Below are positions 11,903 to 21,700 of a DNA stretch of 64,000 bases, in pieces. The stretch is from Terrimicrobiaceae bacterium (GTDB lineage Bacteria > Verrucomicrobiota > Verrucomicrobiia > Chthoniobacterales > Terrimicrobiaceae), in the NCBI GenBank assembly GCA_044342325.1, contig JBIIPZ010000003.1:36930-100929 (forward strand), written 5' to 3'. The position numbers and the translations under genes are program-made. Below the pieces are notes generated by a model. The model had not been told where the DNA came from. It saw nothing but the letters and a program-made list of their open reading frames with translations, and did no database searches. Position 1 is the first letter of the stretch. The number at the start of each line of letters is the position of its first letter.

Positions 11903-13858
11903 ATGAAAACAACCGCATTCATCCGAACAGCCCTTCTCGCCGCCACGGCCCTTGTTTCCGTCACAGCGAACTCACACGCCTGGTGGAACAAAGATTGGAC
12001 CGCCCGCAGGCCCGTCACAATCGATACCACCAAGACCGGATTTGAAATCAGCGAACCGGTCGGCACCGCCACCATCCTCCTGCGCCTCCACCAAGGAAAC
12101 TTCGATTTCTCGACCGCCAAAGAGGACGGCACCGACATCCGCTTTGTCACCGAGGATGACAAGACACCCCTCGAATCCCGCGTGGAAAAATGGGACGCCC
12201 TCATGAACGAAGGCTTCGTCTGGGTCAAAGTCCCCGACATCAAGCCCGGCGCCCAAACCAAAATCTGGCTCTACAGCGGCAACCCCGAAATCACCGCTGA
12301 GGAAGCCGCAGACCCGCTCGCAGCCCACGACACCGACACCATCCTCGCCTACAACTTCACCGTCGCCACCCCAAAAGACGCCACAAAAAATGCCAATAAC
12401 GCCACCTCCGGCGGCACGCTCTCCGAGGGTGCCCTCATCGGCCCTGGCATGCGTCTCTTGGGCAATACCGCTACCAAGATTCCCGGTTCGGAAACCCTCC
12501 GCGCCGATGCTGGCCAGCCCTTCACCCTCTCGACATGGTTGAAACAATCTAGCCTCAACGAAAAAGGCGTCCTCTTTGATTGGGGTGATGACTCCGCCCG
12601 CTTCCAGGTTGTTTTCCAATCCGGCGCGCCGGTCGTTGTCATCAAATCCGCTTCCGGCACTTCCAAATCCACACCCGCCGACCCAGTCGCTCCCAATGTC
12701 TGGAAACACATTGCCGTGGTCTCCGACGGTTCGAGCACGAAACTCTTCGTCGATGGCAAGGAATATTCCTCCGTCGCGGCAGGTCTCCCCGCCATCGTGG
12801 GCGACGCGACACTCGGCGCCGATGCGGATGGCAAAAACGGCCTCATTGGCGAAATTGACGAGTTCAGCCTCTCGAAAACCGCCCGCCCCGCAGGCTGGGT
12901 CCAACTCGCCTACACCGGCCAAGCCGGCAACGACGCCAGCACCAAGCTCGTCGCCCTCGGCGAAGGTGAAGGCGGGGCCAGCGCAGGCGGTCACGGCGGC
13001 GCGATGGAGCATGTCATGCTTTTCGGCGACATCGCCAAGAACATGATGTTCGACGGCTGGATCGCCATCGGAGTCTGCGTGATCATGATGGCAGCCGGCT
13101 GGACCGTTGCCGTCGTCAAATTCATTAACCTCGACAAAATCAAAAAAGGCAACGCCGAGTTCCTGCGCCTCTGGAAAGATGTCGCCACCGACCTCACCGC
13201 GATGGATCTCGACAACCCCGAATCCTCAAAAACATTCGGCGGCAAGATTGGCAAAAAAGGTCTCACCCTCCTCGCCGACTCCCCCCTCTACCACATCTAC
13301 CATGTCGGCTCGGAGGAAATCCGCCACCGCCTCGGCTTCGGCAAAAACAAGGGCCAAGGTCTCTCCGCCCGCTCGATCCAAGCCATCCGCGCCTCGTTGG
13401 ATGCCGCCCTCGTGCATGAACAGCACCGCTTGGGCAACGGCCTCGTCTACCTCACCACCAGCATCGCCGGCGGCCCCTATGTCGGCCTGCTCGGAACTGT
13501 CGTGGGCGTTATGATCACCTTCGCCATCATCGCGAAATCGGGCGAGGTGGATGTGAACTCGATAGCCCCCGGTATCGCCAGCGCGCTCCTCGCCACCACA
13601 GTCGGCCTGCTGGTCGCGATTCCCGCGCTTTTCATGTATAGCTTCCTGAATACCAGCATCAAACACACCGTTTCAGCCATGCAGGTATTCATCGACGAGT
13701 TCGTCGCCAAGGTCGCCGAATTCTACCCCACCCCAGGAGATTCGGCCCTCACGGTTCCCATTCGCCAAATCCGCACCCCAGAAGAGGCCGCCCGCTACGA
13801 GGAAACCAAAGGCGATGAGAATGCCGCCATCATGGACGGCCTCATCAAACGCAAATAA
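11903..13858 (+). CDS. exbB: DUF2341 + LamG-like + MotA/TolQ/ExbB fusion protein
   Basis: Signal peptide, WWNKDW...DG.DIRF...WVKVP (DUF2341), WKHIAVV..KLFVDG..GEIDEF (LamG), GPYVGLLGTVVG and GIASALLATTVGL.VAIPA (ExbB). Confidence 0.88.
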   Translation: MKTTAFIRTALLAATALVSVTANSHAWWNKDWTARRPVTIDTTKTGFEISEPVGTATILLRLHQGNFDFSTAKEDGTDIRFVTEDDKTPLESRVEKWDALMNEGFVWVKVPDIKPGAQTKIWLYSGNPEITAEEAADPLAAHDTDTILAYNFTVATPKDATKNANNATSGGTLSEGALIGPGMRLLGNTATKIPGSETLRADAGQPFTLSTWLKQSSLNEKGVLFDWGDDSARFQVVFQSGAPVVVIKSASGTSKSTPADPVAPNVWKHIAVVSDGSSTKLFVDGKEYSSVAAGLPAIVGDATLGADADGKNGLIGEIDEFSLSKTARPAGWVQLAYTGQAGNDASTKLVALGEGEGGASAGGHGGAMEHVMLFGDIAKNMMFDGWIAIGVCVIMMAAGWTVAVVKFINLDKIKKGNAEFLRLWKDVATDLTAMDLDNPESSKTFGGKIGKKGLTLLADSPLYHIYHVGSEEIRHRLGFGKNKGQGLSARSIQAIRASLDAALVHEQHRLGNGLVYLTTSIAGGPYVGLLGTVVGVMITFAIIAKSGEVDVNSIAPGIASALLATTVGLLVAIPALFMYSFLNTSIKHTVSAMQVFIDEFVAKVAEFYPTPGDSALTVPIRQIRTPEEAARYEETKGDENAAIMDGLIKRK

Positions 13859-13864
13859 CCAATT

Positions 13865-14263
13865 ATGGACGCTGGCGACGACAAATCCTTCGACGACATC
13901 AATGTGACCCCGATGGTAGACCTCTACCTCGTGCTTTTGTTGATTTTTATCATCATGACCACAGCCGGAGTCCAGGGAGTGAAAATCGATCTCCCGAAAG
14001 GCAGCAAGGCCCCGGCTCTCGGCGGCCCCAAGGGAAAATCCATCACCATCAACAACGAGGGCAAGCTCTTCCTCGACACCGTGCCGGTGACCATCGCCGA
14101 ACTCGAGGCCAAGCTCAATGAGCACAAATCCAAGGTGCCCGAGTTCCCCGTCGTCGTCCGTGGCGACCGCGCCACGCAATACATGATGGTCATGGAAGTC
14201 CTCGATGTGCTCGGACGCCTCGACATCAAGCAAATCGGCCTTGCCACCCAAGCGCCCAAGTAA
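13865..14263 (+). CDS. exbD: Biopolymer transport protein ExbD
   Basis: INVTPMVDLYLVLLLIFII, VVVRGDRATQY. Confidence 0.92.
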   Translation: MDAGDDKSFDDINVTPMVDLYLVLLLIFIIMTTAGVQGVKIDLPKGSKAPALGGPKGKSITINNEGKLFLDTVPVTIAELEAKLNEHKSKVPEFPVVVRGDRATQYMMVMEVLDVLGRLDIKQIGLATQAPK

Positions 14264-14272
14264 CCCAAGACC

Positions 14273-14965
14273 ATGCCCGACGAAGAAGACGACGAGCCAA
14301 GTTTCTTTGCGAAGCACAAAATCAAGATCATCCTTGGTGGCGTTCTCATCGTTGCGTTGGGCATTTACTTCATTGGCGCACCAAAATCGGCTCCGAAGAA
14401 AAAATCCTCCGGCCCGGTCATGATTTCCCTGCCGCCGCCTCCGCCACCACCTCCCCCGCCACCACCTCCTCCGCCACCCAAGGAGCAACCGCCCGAGCCC
14501 GACACGGTGAAAGAGGAAAAATTCACACCCGAGGAGGTTTCCGAGCCCGAACCTCAAGCCGCACCCGAACCCGCCCCGATGGGCACGAACCTCGAGGGCA
14601 ACGGCCCAGACGCCTTCGGCCTCGCCAAAGGCGGCGGCAGCGGCATGATTGGAGGCACCGGCACAGGGAAAGGCGGCAAGAGTTCGAAATTCGGCGGCTA
14701 TGCCTCCCAAGTCCAAGGCTCCGTCGTCCAAGCCCTCCGCAACCACAAAAAAACCAAAGCCGCCGCCCTCAATGTCACCGCCCGTATCTGGCTGGACGCC
14801 ACCGGCCGCGTGACCCGCGCCACCATCTCCGGTTCCTCCGGCGACCCCGCCACCGACGCCGCCCTCCGTAACGAAATTCTCACCGGTCTGCAAATGCAGG
14901 CTCCCCCACCGGAAGGCATGCCGATGCCCATCGTCATGCGACTCAAAGCCACTCGACCCAACTGA
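14273..14965 (+). CDS. tonB: TonB/TolA-like energy transducer
   Basis: Single TM helix, 15-residue poly-Pro run, C-terminal IWLDATGRV..SSGDPATDAA domain. Confidence 0.82.
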   Translation: MPDEEDDEPSFFAKHKIKIILGGVLIVALGIYFIGAPKSAPKKKSSGPVMISLPPPPPPPPPPPPPPPPKEQPPEPDTVKEEKFTPEEVSEPEPQAAPEPAPMGTNLEGNGPDAFGLAKGGGSGMIGGTGTGKGGKSSKFGGYASQVQGSVVQALRNHKKTKAAALNVTARIWLDATGRVTRATISGSSGDPATDAALRNEILTGLQMQAPPPEGMPMPIVMRLKATRPN

Positions 14966-14969
14966 TCCC

Positions 14970-17048
14970 ATGAGCCTGCCCACCACACTTCGCCAACTCT
15001 CCGCAGCCACGCTGCTGGCCACCACCATCCCGCTCAGCGCGCAGGACTACACAGTTAGCGAACCCGCAAAAAACAAGATCGTCATCGACTACGCGCAGAA
15101 TACGGCACCAGCCCCCACGCCTGCTCCAGTCGCTCAGCCGATCACCGACGCCCCTCTCCCGCCGGTTCCAATTTCAACTCCAACGCCGCAACCATCGCCG
15201 ACTCCCGCTCCTGAGCCTGCACCGGCAGCGACGCCTGAACCCAAGCCGATCAACACCACCGTCCAAGAAACCCAATCGAACGCCGCGCCACTTCCCGTTG
15301 TCGACTCCCCGCTTCCCTCGACTCCATCCACCCCCACCGGCAATGTCACCATCAACCTCATCCAAAAACTCGTGAAACGCGGCATCCTCACCCAAGAGGA
15401 AGCTAACGAAATGATCCGCCAGTCGGAAGCCGAGGCCGAGGCCGTCCGCGCCCAGAGCCAGACCGACATGGTGGCCATCGCCCAGGCCGCCGCCGTTCAG
15501 GTCGTCGCCACATCCGCCCCCGCAGGTTCCGACCTCCCACCCTCCTCACCGGATGACATCCGCGTGACGCACATCCCCCAACCCGTCAAGGATCAGATCA
15601 AAGAAGAGATCAAACTCGAACTCGCCACCAACCGCACACCTCGAGAAATCAACGCCGCACTGCGCCTTCCGAAGTGGGTTGAAAATGGCAAAGCCGCTTA
15701 CGACCTCCGCGTGCGTTACGCCGGCACCTTCTTCCCGACCGGCAACGACGCCTCGGGCGCCTTCCCGAATTTCAATGCCATTAACACCGGCGCTCCCTTC
15801 GATACCACCGGCACCCAGTTCGCACCCCAGCTGAATGTTGACCAGAACCGCAACCAGTATCTCCTCCGCGCCCGCTTCGGCATGGACTTCGCCATGAGCG
15901 AAAACTTCTCCTCTGGCTTCCGCGTGGCCACCGGCAGCAACAACTCACCCGTCTCTACCAACCAAGGCATGGGCGTCGCCAACTCTGCCACCCAAGGCCA
16001 AGGCGGCAACTTCAGCAAATACGCCATCTGGCTCGACCGCGCCTTCATGCGCTACGATTTCAATGTCACCGAGGCCATCAAGACCACCGCGTGGGCCGGT
16101 CGTTTCGAGAACCCGTTCTTCAGCACCCGCCTGACCTGGGATGACGACCTCGGCTTCGACGGCGCCGCCCTAACCACCAAAGCCAATATCACAGAAAACT
16201 TCGCCCTCTTCGGCACTGGCGGCGCGTTCGTTGTTTACAACACCGACTTCAACTTCTCCTCCAACCAGCCAGCAAAATTCGCCAGTTACGACAAATACCT
16301 CATCGGTGGACAGGCTGGCTTCGAGTGGAAAATCGGCGAAGACCTGACATGGAAAACAGCCGTCGCCATTTACTACTTCGACAATATCGAAGGCCAACTC
16401 TCCGATCCCTACACGCCCCTCACCGTCAACGACGCCGGCAACACGGATAACAGCCGTCCCTCCTTCGCCCAAAAGGGAAACACCTACATGGCCATCCGCG
16501 ACATCGTTCCAGATGCCAGCAACGACTTCGGCGCGATCAACCAGTGGCAATACTACGGCCTTGCCACTGAGTTTACGGAACTCGCCCTCACCTCCCAGAT
16601 CGACTACGATGGCTTTGAGCCCGTTCGCATTTCCCTCGTCGGCGAATATGTGCAGAACGTCGCCTATAACGAAACCGACATCAGCGCCATCGCCGTCAAC
16701 AATCGCGGCGCGATCGACGAGAACGGTCTCACCGACATCGGAGCCTTCGAGGGCAGCCCCTACGGCTGGTTTGTCGATCTCCGCGTCGGCACGCCTGCCC
16801 TTACCAAACGCTGGGACTGGCTCCTCTCCGTCGGCTACCGCTGGATCGGTTCCGACTCCGTGGTTGACGGCTTCAACGACTCCGACTTCGGCGGAGGCGG
16901 CACCAACATGCAGGGCTTCACAGCAGCCGGCTTCCTCTCCCTCTCCGAGAATGTCTACCTCGGCCTGCGCTGGATGGGCTCCGAAAGCATCGCCGGACCG
17001 CAATACGACACCAATATCTTCTACCTCGAGCTCAACTCCAAATTCTAA
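14970..17048 (+). CDS. Putative porin with Pro-rich N-terminal extension
   Basis: Signal peptide, LIQKLVKRGILTQEEA segment, amphipathic beta-strands, SPVSTNQ, C-terminal Phe (LELNSKF). Confidence 0.78.
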   Translation: MSLPTTLRQLSAATLLATTIPLSAQDYTVSEPAKNKIVIDYAQNTAPAPTPAPVAQPITDAPLPPVPISTPTPQPSPTPAPEPAPAATPEPKPINTTVQETQSNAAPLPVVDSPLPSTPSTPTGNVTINLIQKLVKRGILTQEEANEMIRQSEAEAEAVRAQSQTDMVAIAQAAAVQVVATSAPAGSDLPPSSPDDIRVTHIPQPVKDQIKEEIKLELATNRTPREINAALRLPKWVENGKAAYDLRVRYAGTFFPTGNDASGAFPNFNAINTGAPFDTTGTQFAPQLNVDQNRNQYLLRARFGMDFAMSENFSSGFRVATGSNNSPVSTNQGMGVANSATQGQGGNFSKYAIWLDRAFMRYDFNVTEAIKTTAWAGRFENPFFSTRLTWDDDLGFDGAALTTKANITENFALFGTGGAFVVYNTDFNFSSNQPAKFASYDKYLIGGQAGFEWKIGEDLTWKTAVAIYYFDNIEGQLSDPYTPLTVNDAGNTDNSRPSFAQKGNTYMAIRDIVPDASNDFGAINQWQYYGLATEFTELALTSQIDYDGFEPVRISLVGEYVQNVAYNETDISAIAVNNRGAIDENGLTDIGAFEGSPYGWFVDLRVGTPALTKRWDWLLSVGYRWIGSDSVVDGFNDSDFGGGGTNMQGFTAAGFLSLSENVYLGLRWMGSESIAGPQYDTNIFYLELNSKF

Positions 17049-17054
17049 CGCCAC

Positions 17055-17705
17055 ATGAAAATCAAAACTTACGCCCTCCTGGCCGCAGCCGCCGTCCTCC
17101 TCGCGCCTATCCTCCTCGCGCCTATCCTCCACGCCGCCGAGGAAGACCCCACCGCAAAGTTCCGCGAAGCCCTCAAGGACACCATGCTCAAGCTCCGCGC
17201 CGCGCAAACCGACCTCGCCAACGCCCAAGCCGCCCAATACGCCGCCGAGGCCAAGGCGACCGAACTCACCGCGAAAACCGAGTCCCTCAACAAGGAACTC
17301 GCCAACGAGCGCAACACCTCCACCAACATGATCGCCGATCTCAATAAAAAGATCGCCGACCGCGACGGCTCGATCCTTGAACTCAACGCCGCCCTCGCCA
17401 AATGGAAAAAATCCTACGGCGAAGTCGCCAAACTCGCCTCCAAACGCGAAGGCCAACGTGCCACACTCGACACCAAACGCATCGAACTCGAACGCAAAGT
17501 CCAAGACGAACAACAAAAAAACATCGAGATGTATCAAGCCGGCATGGAAATCCTCGACCGCTACGAGAAATTCGGCCTCGGCGACGCCATCCTCGCCCGC
17601 GAACCCTTCACCGCCGCCAAACGCGTCAAATTCCAAAACCTCGTCCAAGACCTCTCCGACAAACTCACCGACGCCCGCATCCCCGCCGACGCCCCTGAAA
17701 AGTAA
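17055..17705 (+). CDS. Exported coiled-coil protein
   Basis: Signal peptide, heptad-rich helices, C-terminal EILDRY...EPF...RVKFQNLVQD. Confidence 0.7.
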   Translation: MKIKTYALLAAAAVLLAPILLAPILHAAEEDPTAKFREALKDTMLKLRAAQTDLANAQAAQYAAEAKATELTAKTESLNKELANERNTSTNMIADLNKKIADRDGSILELNAALAKWKKSYGEVAKLASKREGQRATLDTKRIELERKVQDEQQKNIEMYQAGMEILDRYEKFGLGDAILAREPFTAAKRVKFQNLVQDLSDKLTDARIPADAPEK

Positions 17706-17751
17706 CCAGATCCGTCCAATCAGCCCGATCCGTCCAATCCAAAAACCCACC

Positions 17752-18627
17752 ATGCTCCGCCAAACCACCCTCGCCCTCCTCGCCGCCACCTCACTCACCC
17801 TCCCAGCCCGTGCAGCCGACTCCGTCATCGCCCGTGCCGGCGACCGCGACATCACCGTCGCGCAAATCCAGCCCTACCTCTCCAGCCTTAGCGAAGCCGA
17901 CCGCGCCGCCCTCAAGCAAAACCCCGCCGCCCTCAGCCAAGCAGTCCGAACCCTCATTCTCCAACAAGTCCTCCTCAAAGAAGCCAGCAACGCCGACTGG
18001 GACGATAAGCCCGACAACCAGGCCCTCCTCGCCCGCGTGCGCGACGCCGCCATCGCCGAGAGCTACCTCGAATCCGTCACCAAAGTCCCCGCCGACTTCC
18101 CCTCGGATGCCGAAGTCAAGGAAGTCTACGACGCCCGCAAGGCCGAACTCACCCTCCCCAAGCAATACCGCCTCGCCCAAATCTTCATCGCCAACGGCAC
18201 CGACCCCGCCAAAGCCAAGGCCAAAGCCGACGCCCTCGCCAAACAGGTAAAATCCGGCGACTTCGCCGCCCTCGCCAAAACCAACAGCGACGAACCCCGC
18301 AGCGCTGCCAACGGTGGCGAGATCGGACTCCTCCCCGAAGACTCTATCCAGCCCGCCATCCGCAAAGCTCTCACCGGCCTGGCCAAAGGCGCCACCGCCG
18401 GCCCCATCGAGCTCGGCGATGGACTCTACTTCGTCAAAATCCTCGACATCCAAGAACCCCGCACCGCCACCCTCGACGAGATCAAACCCCAAATCATCCG
18501 CGCCCTCCGCACCGAGCGCCAGAACCTAAACCGCCAAGCCTACCTCCAACGCCTCCAAGCCCAAGCCCCCATCACCCTCGACGAAATCGCCTTACCCGCC
18601 CTCCTCAAACCAGACGACAAAAAATAA
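17752..18627 (+). CDS. Periplasmic parvulin-type peptidyl-prolyl isomerase (PpiC/SurA-like)
   Basis: Signal peptide from ATG 17752, YRLAQIF, DFAALAKTNSD, SAANGGEIG. Confidence 0.88.
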   Translation: MLRQTTLALLAATSLTLPARAADSVIARAGDRDITVAQIQPYLSSLSEADRAALKQNPAALSQAVRTLILQQVLLKEASNADWDDKPDNQALLARVRDAAIAESYLESVTKVPADFPSDAEVKEVYDARKAELTLPKQYRLAQIFIANGTDPAKAKAKADALAKQVKSGDFAALAKTNSDEPRSAANGGEIGLLPEDSIQPAIRKALTGLAKGATAGPIELGDGLYFVKILDIQEPRTATLDEIKPQIIRALRTERQNLNRQAYLQRLQAQAPITLDEIALPALLKPDDKK

Positions 18628-18634
18628 CCCCGCA

Positions 18635-18651
18635 AGTTACAAAATCGTCAC
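18635..18651. promoter_or_regulatory. GTNAC-N6-GTNAC box upstream of tpsA
   Basis: AGTTAC-AAAAT-CGTCAC, with the same 11-bp period as the boxes at 9969, 10187 and 39893. Confidence 0.55.
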
Positions 18652-18795
18652 ACAACCAACCCTAAACCCAAACCCAACCCCGCCGATCCTAAACCCTCAC
18701 GATCCATCCACCGTCAATAAGGTCACCAAGGTCAATCAGGTCATCCCGCTCCGTCAGACTTGCCCGATCCGCCCAATCCATAAAACTCACCACCC

Positions 18796-21700
18796 ATGTT
18801 GAAAACCGGCCACCGCACCAAATACCACCTCCGCGCATTCGAGTTCCTCGCAGCGCGTAGGCGTTCGCGTGCCGTTCTCACATGCACCCTCCTCGCCTCC
18901 TTCCTCGCCACCATGCCCACCGCTGGTCTGCAAGCCGGCGACATCCTCCGTGGGGGAGCCAGCGGCGGTAACGCCAAGCGAAACTCCGAAGCTCGTGCCA
19001 ACGCCGGAGCCGCTGCAGCCGAAGCCGCCAAAGTCCGCGCCCAAGACCGCCTCGCCCGCACCACGAAGGCCGTCAACGACATGCGCGCTCTCCAAGCCTC
19101 CGCCCGCGCCGCAGCCGCAGCAAATACCATACCCAACGGCCTCATAGAAGGCGGCTTGAACCCGATTGTGGGAGGCACATGGACAGGAGCCAACCCGGCA
19201 ACAGCCTCGGGCAACAATGTCAACATCAAGCAAACTGCCGCCCAAGCCCTTCTCCACTGGAGAACCTTCAATGTCGGCAGCCAGACCACCCTCAACTTCG
19301 ACCAATCCGCTGGCGGAGCCGACTCTGGCAAATGGATCGCCTTCAACAAAGTCTTCGATCCGGACGCCAAACCCTCCCAAATCCGAGGCAAAATTAACGC
19401 CCAAGGCCAAGTCTACATCATCAACCAGAACGGCATCGTCTTCGGCGCCGGATCCCAAGTCAACGCCCGCACCCTCGTCGCTTCTGCCCTTCCCATCAAC
19501 GACAATCTGGTCGCCAACGGCCTCCTCAACAACCGTAATGCCGAGTTCCTATTCTCCAAGGATTTCGCAAATGATCCCACCGCCACATTCGGCGATATCG
19601 TCGTTGAACGCGGGGCTCTCTTGAGCAGCCCCGAAGGCGAAGGCGGCAACGGCGGACGCATCATGCTCTTAGGCGCGAATGTCCGGAATGCCGGTGAAAT
19701 TTCCACCCCCTCGGGCCAGTCAATCCTCGCCGCAGGCCTCCAAGTCGGTGTCGCAGCGCACGCCGAATCCGACCCCAGCCTTCGAGGGCTTGATGTATGG
19801 GTTGGAGATGTTGGAAGTTACGGCGGCACTGTCGCCAATTCAGGCTTAGTCGAGTCCCAGCGCGGATCCATCGTCGCTGTCGGCAAGCAAATCACCCAAT
19901 CAGGCGCCCTGGAAAGCTCTACCTCCGTAAACCTCAACGGCCGCATCGATCTCCTCGCTAGCTATGGCGCGGTGGGCTTTCCGGGATACGATTCCTCCTT
20001 CCAACCTCCATTCTTGAATCGCTCGACCGGAATCGTGGAGTTTTCGTCTGGCAGCACAACTCGAATCCTTCCAGATTTCTCCTCCAACAAAAAAATCCCT
20101 GGCACCAAGCTCGCCCAGTCATCCCAAGTAAATATTGAGGGCTTGGGAATCCACTTTGCGGGAGGCTCTTCCCTCATCGCAACCGCGGGTGCCGTCGGCA
20201 TCCGCGCGGGAATCTGGCCGTTTGTGGACACCAACAACGACGGCATTGTCACAAACGCTACTGAAGCCTCTCAGCAAATCAGCAACGGACGCCAACGCTT
20301 CCTCCTATCCGGGGGGCAGGTCAATATCGCCTCCAGCGCACTGCTCGATGCCAGCGGAACGATGGATGCCTTTGTGCCGCTTGCGAATAATTTCCTCGCC
20401 GTCCAACTCCGCGGTTCCGAACTCGCCGACTCTCCCCTCCAGCGCTCCGGCGGCCTTCGAGGCAAACCTCTCTTGGTCGATCTACGTCGCTCAGGCAGTT
20501 ACGGAGGACGCGGCTGGATCGGCACGCCGCTCGGCGACCTGACCGGTTTTGCCAATATCACTGAACGCGACATCGCCCAACTAACTACTCACGGTGGATC
20601 GATCTCTATCTCCGCCGGCGATTCGGTCAGTGCCGCCACCGGGGCCACCATTGATGTATCGGGAGGCTATTTCACCCACGAGGGAGGGGCTGTCAGAACT
20701 TCACGCCTGTTGCGCGACGCCAATATTGTAGACATGCACAACGCCACCCCGGATGTCGAGTATGATGGCGTCTATGACGGCCTCTCGACTTTCGGCTCCT
20801 CAAAATGGGGAGCTACCGAAACCTACACCCACCCGCTTGCCCCGCTGGGTGGTGGAAACGAACGCTCTCATGTTGAAGGCGCTGCCGCTGGAACATTGTC
20901 CATTACAGCGCCAAAAATGGCTCTGGCTGCCGAACTCCTCGGCCAATCGATCACCGGCCCTCGCCAGCAACTCCTGCCGGCAGCCCAAGGAACGCTCCAA
21001 ATCAAATTCCAAGGAGAGACCAAGTTTTCGACCGGTGGTTCCAACTTTGTTTTCCTGAACCAATCACCGGCATCACCGAATGTCGTGTTTACCAACAACT
21101 CTCCAAGCGCAGCGCCTTTTGATTTCAAGGTGGTCGACGGAACTCCAACAGAGATGCCCTTCAGCGCAGGGGCCACTTTTGCGGTTTCGTCGGACTGGTG
21201 GGAGGAAGAGGAAGGAGGTTTCGGAAACATCGAAATCGAAAACACCGAAGGAGACATTACGGTGCCCTCTAGCAATCCCCTCGCCCTCCCCGCTGGCGGC
21301 TCGTTGAAAATCGCCGGTCGCAACATTTCGGTGAACTCGAATGTTTCCGCTCCCGGCGGATCAATCCTCATGACCGCCTACAACTACACGCCGATGGCCT
21401 ATGCCCGGGCAGCGGCGGAAGGCTTGTTCCAAAATGTCGCCGCCCCGGCCGCCATCGCAGGCCAAGGAACGGTCCGTGTCGCAAAAGGCGTATATTTGGA
21501 TGTTGCTGGACAATTTGCTGATGAACGCCCCTCCTCGATCAATCCTTATCAAAACAAGGTTCTTCTTTCGGGCGGCACGGTCTCTCTCACGGGCTACTCG
21601 GTCTTGCTTGAACCCGGATCGCTGGTGGATGCCTCCGGTGGCGTTCGAGGCAGACCAAGTGGCAAATTCCAATACGGCAACGGTGGCTCGATTTCCATAC

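Noticed and set aside
18657..18697. CCCTAAACCCAAACCC tract resembling plant telomere repeats
   Set aside because: Short and degenerate; consistent with the C/A-rich intergenic composition of this strand
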